This document shows, one piece after another, positions 24,601 through 39,137 of a DNA stretch of 64,000 nt. Origin of the DNA: Lingula anatina (lineage: Eukaryota > Animalia > Brachiopoda); assembly GCA_051362555.1 (NCBI GenBank), contig CM120641.1, positions 45,700,401 to 45,764,400 on the forward strand, written 5' to 3'. The notes beneath the pieces are model-generated. The model saw only the letters and a program-made list of their open reading frames with translations. It was not told the origin of the DNA and did no database searches. The translations under genes were made by a program, and so were the position numbers. Position 1 is the stretch's first letter. Each line of letters starts with the position of its first letter.

Positions 24601-26532
24601 CTAAGCTAGAATTAACAGATATACAAAATACCAAGATTACTATATGTACTGCAACACAGGTGAGGAATGCTGGCACATCTAATGCAATGCCCTTTTTTTT
24701 AAATTAATTAATTTATTTATGTGGTAGTGTGTGACATCAGGTTTGAATAAATGAAGAGTGCTCGCTATGACTTAAAATGCAACATCTCACCAACTGCATT
24801 GACAGTGTACAGGACAACATAAGGATTAGATAGGCACTTAGTAATGAAATCATATGATCCCATTTTCTGCCGAGATGGTGTGTGTGTACTGTATTAAGCA
24901 TTTAGTAATTTTTTTTAGCTCAAGCTAGTACATTTTTAACTGTGGTCTAAAAACTAAAGTGCTTTATAATTGTTTCTTTATTTCAGGCAGATGTCAACAA
25001 GACATGCTCTCTATGGGGTTTGGAAGTAGGCAGGATTGAAATGTAAGATAAATGTATACAAAACCTAATGCATTAGCAAAGGGCTGTTCACAATGAGTTA
25101 CTGTGCACTTACTTGTGTGCTCTAACTCCATGGGAACTCTTGCTGAATGCAATCACATTAACAGACTTAAACACCTTCTCTTGTTTCTTATGTACTTGTA
25201 TTTATCAGCTTTTCTGTATTCTTAAGAATACAGTTCTTGAGAATGGAAGTATATTGAGTATATAGATAATACTGGCATTTTGTCTCTTTTAAACAAAGCA
25301 CACTTAAAATGATATGTGAACTGAGTAACTACATATATCTTGGGTGTTCCAAATGTGCCCATAAAATGTAGCACAGATGCTGAGCTTACTTATACCTCGA
25401 TTTCAGTGTGCTTTGATTGAAAGGCTCAACAAATTGGGGCAGAAGCAAGGTTTTTGTTTATTTTGTTTTGGAATTTTGGCAAAGTAAGGAAAATTAATGA
25501 TCATTAAATGAGAATGCTATTTTCTTTATTATTTACATGTTTTTTTTTCTCATTGAAGGTCTGCTGTGAAAATAATATCCATGCCAGAGCCTGCTAATCC
25601 ACTGAACAAACTTCTAGGTGGCAGCATAGGTTCAGGTCTCCCAGCAGGAATTATGGGAGCATTCCAACAGATAGCAGCACATGCTTCATCAACAGGGCCA
25701 GTCCAAGGTGGGAGACTTTCTTATGGTGTCAATAAATCATTGTTTTTTTTTTCTATTTGGATATTTTGTTATATTGAGAACACTTTTTAAAATAGTTAAA
25801 AATATTTTATAAGCTTTTGGGCTTATTTTATGGTTTATTTACTGACCATTTCAGCCTCTCCCACAGTTCCTTCCATACCAGCTCCTTCTCCAGTGGCATC
25901 AGCATCCACCCGGACACTGACAACACCCCAGGACATCATAGAGGCTGTCAGACCCCTACTGAGTGAGGGGCTAGTAAGGAATTTTGGAACTGTGTATGAA
26001 TTTATACTGAAGATTGATGAGGATGCCAAAGATTTTTTCTTCTTGGATTTAAAAACTGGTAATTAAGACAGAGAACAATGCTTTGCAATTGTTTTGTATA
26101 TAACATGACAGTATATGGATAGTAGAAGGGGGAATTAAGTGTCAATTATTTTATAATCCACAAGATATAAACCAAATTTACTTAAATATAACATAAATAT
26201 TTTTGTTTACTTGTATTTGTAATGATGCCTGTGTATGAACATACTGCATACCAGCATAGGGACTGTCAATATAAATTTTACTGCCAGAAAAATTATGTTT
26301 AACACAGCATTTATCTTACTGTTTTTCTGCAGGTAATGGCAGTGTGGGAAAGGGAAAGCCTCCTTCTGGACCGGCAGATGTGACCTTCACCTTGGACCAG
26401 GACACCCTGCATAGCCTGATGACTGGCAGGATGGGAGCCATGCAGGCTTATATTACAGGACAGCTCTCTGTCACTGGGGACACCAATGCAGCCATGAAGC
26501 TAGAGGTTCTGATAGACAAGCTTAAGTTATAA
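21700..26532 (+). CDS. STOML1: Stomatin-like protein 1 (SPFH/band-7 domain + C-terminal SCP2 sterol-binding domain), ~417 aa
   Basis: Exons 21700-21889, 22257-22357, 22817-22883 (FERVVIFRLGR..KGPG), 23762-23844 (LPCLD..VDMRTKAFSVPP), 24456-24659, 24987-25042 (WGLEVGRIE), 25559-25707, 25855-26058, 26333-26532 (ADVTF..AYITGQLSVTGD..AMKL). They total 1254 nt in one frame. The N-terminal YTRI fits a YxxPhi sorting motif, as in STOML1. Confidence 0.9.
22296..22582 (+). repeat. Minisatellite: ~4.5 copies of a 63-64 bp unit spanning the 3' end of STOML1 coding exon 2 and its splice donor
   Basis: Unit AAGTCCT[G/A]TGTTATATACTGGTTTGTATAACAATACCTGTGTCAGGATGGTTTGTATTCAAGGT starts at 22296, 22360, 22423, 22487 and 22551 (partial). 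Confidence 0.95.
23506..23679. mobile_element. Foldback/MULE-like MITE with GTCCGAAGGTTCA subrepeats (copies also at ~27663-27800 and ~32693-33025)
   Basis: GGGGC...GCCCC termini, internal inverted subrepeats, and TTAACAGA duplicated on both flanks. Confidence 0.8.
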
Positions 26533-27076
26533 AGTTGCTAGCTGATATCCTCCCCTCCCCCCTTCTCCAATTAACACAAACATTTTAATCAGGATCGATT
26601 TAGATGAATAATTTTAATTTGCAAAAAACTGCTGATGAAAAATTCTTTTTTGAAAGTTACTATTGGTAAAATACAGCCTTTTATTATCTTTTCATTGAAG
26701 CTGAGAAATAACTTGTTTTTGAGTGGACTTACCGCGGTATACTAGTACTACTGATTGATCATGGGACAAAGTAGAATTACGTGGAAGCTAGAACTCATCA
26801 AAGGTGCCTTACATTTAAAATAAGATTATATGAGAATCTTTTGGTCTTGAGACAATTTATACCAGTTTATAACATGATATTATCCTTTCATAGGTCAAGG
26901 AAAGTGATAATAAAAGGGTTAATTCATACATATAACACCCTTCTATCCCAGTCCTTTTTCTTTTTAACTGTTTTTCATGTCTTACATGAATTCTGCATCA
27001 GTTTTGTGACCTGTTGTATTGCTCTACTTTCTAGGGTCAAAATGGTATTTAGATTTTGTTTCCAGTCTTATATATA

Positions 27077-27079
<3 letters not shown>

Positions 27080-27122
<43 letters not shown>
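27080..27122. repeat. (TA)n microsatellite in the probable STOML1 3' UTR
   Basis: Direct reading; upstream of AATAAA at ~27280. Confidence 0.9.
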
Positions 27123-27126
<4 letters not shown>

Positions 27127-28275
27127 CCTATGTCATTACATATGTGTGTGTGGTCTCAAAACTCTCTCTGCTAAATTACAATACAAAATTAATTGTGTTA
27201 ATGTTTCTATTAAACATATATGAAAATATATTAATTTGATTCTTTTAATGTGAATTTATACTTGTATATGTATGTGTGTAATAAACAAGACTGAATATAA
27301 TATTATACATGTATATTGGCCTAAAATATTTGGTTATGTCTTAAAATACCGGCTGTAGGTTGTACACATGTACAGTCTAAAGTGAGGAGATCTGGTTCAC
27401 AGTGTTGCAATAAGAAATATAAGGCCCTATAAAGTGTCAAATATTTTAAAAATATTAACAGGCAAATGTGTTCTCATGAAACGGGATGGAAATATGTCTA
27501 TAAAAACATGCACAGGAGTTGGATTTTACTGATTTCAGTCTTCTGTTATGTATCCCCAATCCGTTTTGAACTTTTTAACTCATGGATGTGACGATATACT
27601 AAAGAACCGGTAGTCGATCACTGTGGCAACGATAATTGACTTTAAAAGTTGCCTGTCCCCCACGGGGCCGTCTCGATAGTCCGAACGTTCATTAGTCCGA
27701 AAAATCGTAACATTTTCACCAGCTTTTTGATCAAAGGTTCGTTGCTCCGAAGGTTCTATAGTGAACATTAGGACTATTGAACATTCGGACTATTGCTACC
27801 CCCCCCCCCCCCCCCCCACCACCACCACCACCACCACCACCAACTTCTTGGTCACACTAATGTGCGTCTGTCAACTAAACCCAGTGACCTATTTTTCTCT
27901 ATCGTACACACAAATCGCTGACAAATCAGAACTGAATACAACTAAGTCAGGTAAACAACGGAGGAAAACGCTGCAGCAGCAGAAAGTAAACAGTAAGCTG
28001 TATACTGCACAGTATTCAGCATTCTGTTAAAGTTGCGCTGGTCAAATTAGCGTCAAATGCTCATTCAAGAACCAAGATCTAAAGCGAGCCCGTCTTCGTA
28101 CTTTGCACTTGTCAAGATACTGCGGACCGTGTAATTTTTATATTCGTTCAAGATTGGGGTCAGCTGACGACACCTCACCATATTATAACATCACAACTCG
28201 GCACAGTCGTCATTTTATCCTGACTGAAACGAAAAGAGGACAGAAATTTTTCGGTTTAAACGATTTTTAATCACG

Positions 28276-30260
28276 ATGGACCTTTTCTTCATCCCATCAT
28301 GGCTGGTTTGCCTGTGCACCATAGCAATTATGACCATCGTCTATCTTCACTACACCAGGGACAACAGACGCAAGTTTGGTCTCCCTGGCCCAACGCCATT
28401 CCCTATCATTGGGCCTTTTATAGATTTGATGAAGTATGGTATATGCGACTTCGATCTCTATGTCACCAGGACCTATGGTAAAGTGGCCGCACTGTCCTCG
28501 GGTATCATGGATAACTTCTTGGGGGATATTATCATATCTGACACCGACATGGTGAAAGAGGTGATGGTAAAACAGGCAAACATTTTCACTGACAGGAATG
28601 TCGACGAGGCTACAACAATTTCGCCGATTGACAGATCAGTATTTGTAGTCAAAGGAGAATACTGGAAACAGGTAAATCAGTTTTCTTCAGCTCATTACAC
28701 CTATATAACTTGTCGTCGTCGTTCACGTCATCTCGAGCTACACAGGCTGCACATCAACACTACCTACTAACCTACCTACCCCCTCACGCGGTATTCTGTT
28801 TTCTCTAATATTAACTGATTAACCCCCCCCCTCCCCTTTCCATCATTTAACCTTTATCTCTAACAGAGACCTTTCTAGCTTTTACAAAAACCAGGGAAGA
28901 AAATGGCCTGTTATTTACTGCTGATTGTCCTAACGGTAGACCAAACGCCGCAGCAGTTCTGATCTGGTCTGTTCTCTGAAAGCGCACTGTATGCCACCAT
29001 CGAATAGATGGCAAGTAATTCATCTGGTTGTTGTTCAAAGTAAGATACTAATTAAACAATTATTGTTTCTAAAATAATAATGAAATATATATTGTTTCGT
29101 TATTTTAGATGCGCAGCACTATGACTCCAACGTTCAGTTCCGGGAAGCTTCGACATATGGAGAAAATGATAAATAAGTGTGCAGAAACTTTGGTCAGCAA
29201 TCTGACAAAGAAGGCAAAAGCTGGTGAAAGCTTTGATAATAACATATGGGGCTGCTTCACCATGGATGTCATATCTGCGACTGCATTTGGAATCGAGGTC
29301 GACTCTCTGAACAACCCAAACCACCCGTTTGTTGTTAATGCCAATCGCCTGAACAACGTCGGATTTGGCAACCCACTTATTGTAATCTTTTTCTTCTTCC
29401 CTCGCCTAATGAAGTTTCTTGAGCCGATACTTCCATACATCCCTGGTATCAATGCCTTCGCTGGCCCGGTTCAATATTTCGGAAAAATCACCGAAGACCT
29501 ATTGAAAGAAAGAGAACAAGCCAAGGAGGGACACTTCAATGATTTTTTACAGCTTATGTCAAATGCTCACAACATGGCCACTTCAGAGCTGGCAGAAGAT
29601 GAAAAAGAAGTTGGAAAATGGAAGAAGAAGGCATTGACGACAGACGAAATTGCAGGCAACGGTATGCTGTTTTTCTCAGCGGGTTTTAGCACTACTAACG
29701 ATACCTTGGGGTTTATTACGTATCTCCTGGCGACCCACCCAGAGGTGCAACAACGGCTCGTTCAGGAGATTGACGATGTTCTTCAAGGTGCCGAACCGAC
29801 CTACGACAACGTGTCCAAGCTTACGTATCTGGAGCAGGTCATAAACGAGTCAATGCGACTGTATCCCGTTGGCATTCGTGTGGATCGAGTGGCCAACCAA
29901 GACACCACTGTGAATGGCCTTTTCATACCCAAAGGGACGGCCGTGGTAATTCCGATCTATCCTATCCACTTGGATCCTGAAAATTATCCAGAACCTGAGA
30001 AGTTCGACCCAGAACGATTCACCCCAGAAGCCAAAGCAAAGAGGAACCCGTACACCTACATGCCTTTTGGTATGGGGCCCCGCAACTGTATCGGTATGAG
30101 GCTGGCCCTGCTTGAGATGAAGATCGTCTTGGTAAAAGTTCTGCAACGTCTCACATTCAAGCCTTGCTCTGAGACGCAAATCCCACTGGTGATGTCAAAG
30201 ACGAAGCCTATGAAACCCGAAAAGGGAATCTGGTTGAAAGTAGAAGAGAGATCAGTTTAG
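28276..30260 (+). CDS. Cytochrome P450, clan 3 (CYP3-like), copy 1, ~515 aa
   Basis: Exons 28276-28671 and 29109-30260 (phase-0 intron in WKQ^MR). N-terminal TM anchor, PGPTP, ESMR (ExxR), PERF, and heme motif PFGMGPRNCIG. Confidence 0.93.
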
Positions 30261-32255
30261 AGAAGATAAACATTAACTTTTTATACCCTTTTGCTTCTTT
30301 CGTGTCACTGACTGTGAATTCATGCGATGTACGAGGTCGTATCATATTATTCTGAACTCTTCTTATTTTTAACATGATGATGTTAAATGTTCCATGATTA
30401 CATATCACAAAACAGAACATGATACCGCAGAACAATTCAGTGTTTGGCTGAAAAATGAACTGTTTCGAGGACATATAAAGACACGGGCCACGAATTCTAA
30501 CCGTATTTGGCCAAATATAGCCTAGCTACCCTCGCAACAGAAAATTTAAAAAAATTATTTCATAGAGAACAAAGTGCTTGTAGGAAGCATCACTTACAAA
30601 GTAGATGAAATAAGGAGCTTTGTCATTTAAACATTTTTATATTCAATTTTGTCACGATGTTGAAAATATTTATATATTGCAAAATGTTAGTGAGCAAATT
30701 TCTTAACCCAGAAAAATGACAAGCATTTACGGTCAAATGCACTGTTAAGGCACCATGAAACGAATTTTAAAAATAAATCTGATGTAACCTCCATAGCTAA
30801 CATCGACACTTTTTCTAACCATATATGTCTCTTGAGGATCGGGAGAGGCCGCTGAGGTCATATCTTGAAAAATATTACTGCAGCTGACTTCATCGTTAAC
30901 CTTGGCAGACTATCTTTGTACTATGTACATCACTCATGTATGAGATCAGCATTCAAGTGCGAGCGTACGGGTCGCAATGACCTAGAGACGGCCTCCAGTG
31001 CCTCTTTATTTCTCAATAAGTGCGATTCTGTACGCCCATAACCTGCCTGAGAGAGTCGTTGATTCTTCTTGGGTAAAGAACGTAAATATGGTCTAATAAA
31101 TTACCAAACCGGTGAAAATGAAAAAGACAGGTCCAAATATGAAATATCTCCATATGAAACTCATAATATAAGTGGTTGGTCATTTGTCTCCGCTAAACTT
31201 CATTAAAAAATTATGCTTGTAGGACAGATGCATTGAAAATATTGAAACGACGATGACGTTCTGGATTCCTCACTTTTCATGCAATTTTAGAGTATTTATT
31301 CTCTAATTCTCCGTATTGATCACGCGTGTAATTGTGTTCTTTTCATTGTTTATGGCGTGATTTCCAGAAACTTTCCATTCTCATGTTGACTTAACCATAA
31401 AACCCTTATTAGGCAATGTCTGAGAACCTTGTTTTCAACTAGAATTAACAATAATACTATTTGAATTACTCATACCTGAATCATATCCAAAACTCAGTTA
31501 TCATTTGATAAACAGTTGATGAAAATTAAAATCCATTATGAAATTAACCAATCACGTTAACTGTTACTGACTGTGCGTTTTCCATCTGACAATAAAAACG
31601 TTCTACACTTGTTGACTCTTTATGAAACTTAACTTACACTCAATACCACTAACTTTTCATCTATTTGATTTACCTTTTATTACTAATTGTAATAAGTGTA
31701 AGCGTACGTCATTAACTTTACAACATAAATAATAATGGATTTTTTTCTGTCAGTATAGAGTTTATGTGTATAAAATCCAGTGTAAAGACCGGTGTATACG
31801 TGTTGGGTATGATGCGGCTTGGCAATTGAGGAAAAAGTGCTTAAAATTTTTATGAAAAAAAAATCCTGAGAAATGCGTTCCCTATGATGTACTGTCCTAC
31901 CCGGATCTACTTTCCCAGCTATATTTATACTCCGTTAGGACAAATGTTCTTATTGGACACTGTTCCCAGTCGAATTATTACAGAAATTCATGTCCATACC
32001 AAACGTCCCTGTCACACCGACCGTACACTGCTGAAAGGAGTGCGTCCTCATATGTCACCATATAACGGCTTAGGCCTATCTTTGTTAAGCCTACTAAATT
32101 TGTATTTCCTTCTATGGCAATATGTATGTTATCTCAACAAGTGACACGAGATAAAAAAAAGGTCAACCATGCGCAGTATACAATAGCTGGCCCAGAAGTG
32201 ACTGCGCCAAGAGAAAGAAATATTCAAGGTTAAGGGGAACTGCAGTGGAGTCAAG

Positions 32256-35230
32256 ATGGACCTTTTTTACATACCTTCTTGGGTGGTAGTACTGGTCATT
32301 GTGGCAGTACTTACCATCATCTATTTACATTACTCCCAAGACACCAGACGTAAGTTTGGTCTTCCCGGCCCAGACCCGTATCCTCTTCTTGGAGTGTTTC
32401 CGTACATTGTCAAATATGGTTTATGTGAGTTCGACGTATACGTCACCAAGACCTGTGGAAAAGTGGTAGCCTTATCGTCGGCTCTTTATGGAAACTTTCT
32501 GGGGAATATCATAATATCTGACCTGGAAATGGTTAAAGAGGTGATGGTTAAACAGGGGAATATTTTCACCGACAGGAACCAGACCATAACGATTTCACCG
32601 CTAGACAAGTCGGTGCTTCTCGTCAAAGGGGAACACTGGAAGCAGGTGAGCGAAATTACTTTTTTTCCCCTGATGTCTGTTTATCTCATGGGGGGGCGTA
32701 GCAAGAGTCCAAAGATTCAACAATCCGAAGGTTCATTGGTCCGAATCTTCACTATAGAACTTTGGGACCAATAAACCCTTGATTTAAAAAATAACGATGA
32801 ACATCAGGGGCGGATCCAGAGATATTTTCTGACAGTCTTCCAGATTTTCTTTGTTAATTCGTCCTTAATTTTTGACCGTCTTCCGACAGAAAATATAAGA
32901 TACCCGTCAATGTAAACTTAAAAATCTGACCGTCTTCCGGAAGACCCAGAAGACGGCCTAAATCCGCCCCTGAACATGCTACCATTTTTCGGACCAGTGA
33001 ACCTTCGGACTGTCGAGACACTCCCATCTCATGGCGATCGAGATGGAACACGCAGCATAGTTTCAACGGGTTCGAGGCTGCAACGCGAACAGGAGTTCAT
33101 AGTCGCAGTGACAGCGAATATCTATTGTTTATACACTATCTAGACATTGTTTAGAAAAAAATCAGTTGAAAGACATCTATAGATGTGCCCGCCTGCATGT
33201 ATACATGTAAGCTCCTTGTGCATGCGCGCACAACCGGCACTCCTTAAAAATTATGTAGTAATAATGGGAACTTTGAATGATGCTTCTTTTATTATTATTA
33301 TGATGATGATGATGATGATGATGATGGTGTATAGTCATGACCCGTGGAAAAAATCATTTAACACTAAAGTGCAGATCCCATTATTACTATTATCACTTAC
33401 ATTTATTAGTATATATTATTACAAAATAAAAGTAGTATGTAAATGCTGTTCTGGGAAGCCATTTTATTACTATTATAACCAAATCAAAGTGGTATGCAGT
33501 TCTGAGGAGCCATGTTGTCGTCTGCTCAGTTGTGACATACTGGCGCTCCCGTTTAGACTCTGTAATAATAGACCGAGTTATCAAAATACTGCTGGACGTT
33601 GAAGGTTATTCATGCATTGTTTCGGTGGGTGTGGTATTGATATACGTTTATCGCAACGGGTGGACTCCGGATCCAACTAAGCTATGCAACCACATTCCTG
33701 TAGCCTACATCTTAAAGATGTCGTAGAGATGTCGAATACGGGATTTTCGCACAAAGTTTCTGTTTCATCGAGAAAAAAGCAACTTCTCCTACTCATGAGT
33801 CATTGCTGGCCCCGTCCCTTGCATTTAGATTCGATTTTTTGTACTGTTAATTTTAATTAATGATTTAGTTTTAGGGGTTTTATCATTTTTAATGTCTGAG
33901 TTTGGAAAGATTTGCAGCTTTGTAGGATATTCATGCAAAAAATATTTCGAACGTATCGTATAAAATTATCTATTTTCGTCAAAATGCATTTAAACCATTC
34001 AATTCATGTCACTTGTATAACATTTTTGTTTAAGTTATTTTCTATGCTTGTTCAATAAAACCTGCAATTTTATCATTCCAGATGCGCAGCACTATGACTC
34101 CAACGTTCAGTTCCGGGAAGCTTCGACAAATGGAAGGCGTAATAAACAAGTGCGCTGAAACTTTGGTCAGCAACCTGACAAAGAAGGCAAAAGCTGGTGA
34201 AAGCTTTGAAAATAACACGTGGGGCTGCTTTACCATGGATGTCATATGTGCCACTGCATTCGGAATCGATGTCGACTCTCTGAACAATCCAAACCACCCG
34301 TTTGTTGCCAATGCCAGAAGTCTAAACAACTTCGACTTTGGGTCAGCCTCAGCGTTTCTTTTCTTCTTTCCCCGCCTATTGAAGTTTCTAGAACCAGTGC
34401 TCCCTTACCTGCCTGGAATCAAAGCTTTTGCGGGTCCGATCAGATATTTCGGAAAAATTACCGAAAACCTATTAAAAGAGAGAGAACAAGCCAAGGTGGG
34501 ACACTACAATGATTTTTTACAACTCATGTCAAATGCCCACAACATGGCCACTTCAGAGCTGGCAGAAGATGAAAAAGAAGTTGGAAAATGGAAGAAGAAG
34601 GCATTGACGACAGACGAAATCGCAGGCAACGGTATGCTATTTTTCACTGCCGGTTTTGGCACCACAAACGATTCCTTAGGGTTTATATCATATCTTCTAG
34701 CAATCCACCCCGAAATACAGGATCGCCTCGTCAGGGAGATAGATGATGTTCTTCAAGGTGCCGCACCGACCTATGAAAACGTGTCAAAGCTTACGTATCT
34801 GGAGCAGGTCATAAACGAGTCGATGCGACTGTATCCTGCTGGCGTTCGTGTAGACCGTGTGGCCAACCAGGACACCACTGTGAACGGCCTTTTCATACCC
34901 AAGGGGACAGTCGTGATCATTCCGATTTACGCTATCCACAGGGATCCTGAAAATTATCCAGAACCTGAAAAGTTTGATCCAGACCGATTCACCCCAGAAG
35001 CCAAAGCAAAGAGGAACCCGTACACCTACATGCCTTTTGGTATGGGGCCCCGCAACTGTATTGGTATGAGGCTGGCCCTCCTCGAGATGAAGATCGTCTT
35101 GGTAAAAGTTCTGCAACGTCTCACATTCAAGCCTTGCTCGGAGACCCAAATCCCACTGGTGATATCAAAAACAAAGTTTATGAAACCCGAGAAGGGAATC
35201 TGGTTGAAAGTAGAAGAGAGATCAGTTTAG
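32256..35230 (+). CDS. Cytochrome P450, clan 3 (CYP3-like), copy 2, ~512 aa
   Basis: Exons 32256-32645 and 34082-35230. Same intron position and motifs as copy 1 (ESMR, PDRF, PFGMGPRNCIG). Confidence 0.93.
32805..32972. mobile_element. 168-bp MITE nested in a foldback MITE within the CYP copy 2 intron
   Basis: TIR CAGGGGCGGAT / ATCCGCCCCTG and AACAT 5-bp TSD. Removing it restores continuity with the 23506-23679 family sequence. Confidence 0.85.
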
Positions 35231-36864
35231 AATAGATAAACATTAACTTCTTTTTCATACCCTTTCTAAGAAGACAAATACAATGCATGTACTTGCTTTG
35301 CTTCTTTCAAGTCACTGATGATGAAGACGATTTACAACTTACAAGATCACTATGCGTCTAGAATTAATCCTATGATAAATTGATGCGCGCAATATGTTAT
35401 TTTTGTAAGAGTCTTACATACCATCGTTTACTGAATTTTTCTGTTAAATATCTGTTGTAAGTTACAAACTTAGCATTATCACTATATCTTATGAAAATTA
35501 TTGATTTTTTTTTTTTTTTTTTTGGAAAAATGGTTGCAGTGTTCTCACCATGATTAATTTTTTTTTTTTTTTTGTAAAATAGACTTCTTTCAGAAGAAAA
35601 AAATCATGATCAATTTAATTTTACAAAAGTTATGGATTTTTTACGCGTAATGTGACTTTTGCCCCACAGATCTGTGCACCATACTATTTTTACTACAAAC
35701 ATCCAGATTCATATTGTTTGATAAAAACATTAGTTTGAAGATTAGCAAGATAGCAATTATATGATGTGGAACATTTTACTGCATTTTCCAATCATGTTCT
35801 ACAATGTTTTCTTTAATTTCTTTCATCCAATATAGAAGGCTGTGTAATTGCAAGGACGTATAGTGAATTGCCTTAAATGTTAAAAATTGTGCCTTATTTT
35901 TGTTTTAGGTTAACAAGGCTATGCAATTGCCTATTAAATGTTAAAAACTGTGCCTTACTTTGTTTTATGTTAATGGAGACAACATTTTCCAGTTTATAAC
36001 CTCTCTGAATTTGCATATCTAATTGGGATGGTACATTCTTAGATAATTACCCCCTAACAGCCTACTAGGCGTGACGGACATTTAAGCCGGTTAAGGTGAT
36101 AGCAATTTAGTGAGACTCCCCAGGGAGATGGGTCGATCCAAATATCTGTGGGAATAGTTCCTTAATTCCCCGAAGTATTCGGTAAGATTGCTCGTTGTTT
36201 ACTTATTTAGGCGCCAATCTAACCCCACATTCCATAAGGCGAAAACAACGGCAGGTGCTGATAACAGATATACTTGCGTTTGTTAGAAAAATGTGAAAAG
36301 AAAATATCACCTCTGAGACTCTGAGATCTATCCAAACGTAAAATCTGACGTTTCTCCTTTGTAAAAAAAGTTCGTTGAATTTGAACAATATTTAACGACA
36401 CGTTGACTAAAATGAAACGCCAGGAACGCGCAAAGAATTGTCTTTCCGACGGCATTCTTGCTCATTCCGCCTCTAGTGTGACGGGGTTATAAAGGAGTGG
36501 ACAGTGTCTCCCCCCCCTCCCCCCGTTTGCAATTTGATTACATCGTTTTTAAATAAGACGTCCGATAAACTCCAGGTAAAGCCATGTAATTTTTATCGCT
36601 AGACACTGGACACGCGTCTCTGGGTTGTATGTTACTTTAAAGATAATCTCTTCAAATGTTTGAGGAGCACTGTTTGTGGACTTATGGCCCTTTCAGTTAG
36701 TGTGTAAGTTTCTGTAAGAAAGTTTACTTTAAGTCTATACGACGGCAACGCGTTTGCGCAATATCTAATCTCGGGTCACAAAGTAGGACCTTGGTGGCAT
36801 GATTATCAACTAAAGCCACTTCGGCCATTTTTCCAGTGTCCAGTGTCCAGCAGCCTCCACCGAC

Positions 36865-39137
36865 ATGGATTTCTTCTTCCTACCGTCTTGGTTAGTCGTT
36901 GCGTTGGTTGTGGCCGTTCTGACCATCATTTACATACACTACAGCTGGGACAACAGGCGCAAGTTTGGCCTCCCAGGACCAACCCCTTTACCCCTGCTGG
37001 GACATTTGGTAGACTTGATGAAGTATGGCCTCTGCGATTTCGATCTACATGTCACTCAGACGTACGGCAAAGTAGCTGCACTCTCTCCAGATTGTTTTGG
37101 AAGCATTCTGGGGGACATCATGATCACAGACCCGGATATGTTAAAGGAGGTGATGGTAAAACAAGCAAGCATCTTCACGGATCGAAATACAGACTCGGAT
37201 ACGCAGATGGCGCCGATAGACAAGTCAGTTTTTGCAGTCAGGGGTGAACAATGGAAACAGGTACACATATATAATGGATAATATTGAAATTATTTTCCTT
37301 AGTCGTCTTTTTTGTATTTAGACCCTTTTCACATCATGCTGTGTGCATTACTTTATTGCAACACTAGGCTGGTCACAACGTAATTTCGGTTCGCGGCAGT
37401 GGCGAATTAATGGGGTGAGGGGGTTGTCGGGGGGGGTCTTGAAAGTCCGTTCGATTTCTGAAAAAAATAACACCAATGGCCCCCTCTTGCAATTAGATTC
37501 TGGACTAGCTGAATCATAGTTCTAAACTGTACCAAATGACATCGTTCGACCTCTAAAATACCAAAACTTTTCGGGGCCCGCTTAAGGGCCCGGGGCCCAC
37601 TCCAAGGGGGATGGGCGGGGGGGGGGGGGGAGGGTCTGCTTCGCATCCGCGGCCTGTCATTCCTAAAAATCGGACCCCCCCTTCAAATTATCCTGGACCC
37701 GCCCCTGCGGTGTGATGCTCTCTTCGCTTCAAACAGTCAAAAGATCAACCCTCTTAAACAGCCGTGTTGAGTGCGGGGGCTTCATTTAGGTGATTTTCTT
37801 ACTGCGAGCTGTTTAGTTGTTCATCTCTCAAAACGTTTCCATACAGGTAAAGAGAATGCATGATGTGAAATAGAGCCAATTTTCTAGGGGCAGCTATGCC
37901 TTCTCCCTTTCCAACTCTCAACTCTCTGTATTCGAATATGATGACCAAGTCTAACTGAACATCACTGTTAATTTTATCGTTCTAGATGCGAAGCACGTTG
38001 ACTCCAACGTTCAGTTCCGGGAAACTGCGACACATGGAGGCAATGATTCTCAAGTGCGCCAACACCCTGATCCAAAACTTGAAGAAAAAAGCTAAAGCTG
38101 GAGAAAGTTTTAACAACTCAATCTGGGGCCGCTATACAATGGACGTTACATGTGCTACAGCGTTTGGAATCGAAGTTGACTCGTTGAACGATCCTAATCA
38201 CCCGTTTGTGAAAAATGCTGAAATTGCCAATAGTACTGATTTATCAAATCCATTTGTATTCATCCTGATTCTTTTACCGCGTATGGTGAAAAAACTGGAA
38301 CGCATACTTCGGTATGTTCCTGGATTTCGAAGAATATTGGGTTCATTCAGATTTTTTGGACAGACGACAAAAGATCTACTGAAAGTGAGAGAACAAGCCC
38401 AAGAAGGGCACTACAACGATTTTCTGCAGTTGATGCTATCCGCTCATACCATGTCAACATCCGAGGTCGGTGATGACGAAAAGGAGGTTCAAAAATGGAA
38501 GAAAAAAGCACTGACGACAGAGGAAATTGCAGGCAACGGGTTGATATTCTTTCTTGCAGGTTATGGGACTGCAAATGATACCTTGGCGTTTACGTCATAT
38601 CTCATCACAGCGCACCCTGAGGTCCAGCAACGACTCTCTGAGGAAATTGACGATGTTCTTCAAGGTGCCGAACCGACCTACGACAACGTGTCCAAGCTGA
38701 AGTATCTGGAGCAGGTCTTAAACGAGTCGATGCGACTGTATCCCGTTGGCATTCGTGTGGATCGAGTAGCAAACCAAGACACCACTGTCAACGGGTTATT
38801 TATACCAAAGGGGACGGCCGTGACAATTCCGATCTACGCCATCCACAGGGACCCTAACATTTATCCAGACCCTGAGAAATTCGACCCTGAACGATTCACA
38901 CCAGATGCTAAAGCAAAACGGAGCCCCTATTCGTATTTGCCTTTTGGTATGGGGCCCCGCAACTGTATCGGTATGCGCCTGGCCTTGCTCGAGATGAAGA
39001 TTATCCTTGTGAAGGTCCTGCAGAACTTCACGTTGAAGACATGCGCGGAGACACAAATCCCGTTGGTTCTTTCTAAATCAAGTCCAGTCAAACCGGAAAA
39101 GCCAATAATATTGAAAGTTGAGGAGAAGAGTATGTAA
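36865..39137 (+). CDS. Cytochrome P450, clan 3 (CYP3-like), copy 3, ~515 aa
   Basis: Exons 36865-37260 and 37986-39137, with intact ExxR, PERF and heme motifs. Confidence 0.93.
37397..37707. mobile_element. hAT-like MITE in the CYP copy 3 intron
   Basis: CAGTGGCG...CGCCCCTG termini. It is absent from the paralogous position in the copy 4 intron (TAATTTCGGTACGGGGTGATGCTCTCTTC, ~41509-41537). Confidence 0.7.

Noticed and set aside
29850-30179. Similar antisense ORFs recurring in the CYP copies (also 34784-35149, 38796-39056)
   Set aside because: They are shadows of the conserved sense P450 frame, recur only because the genes are paralogs, and vary in length.
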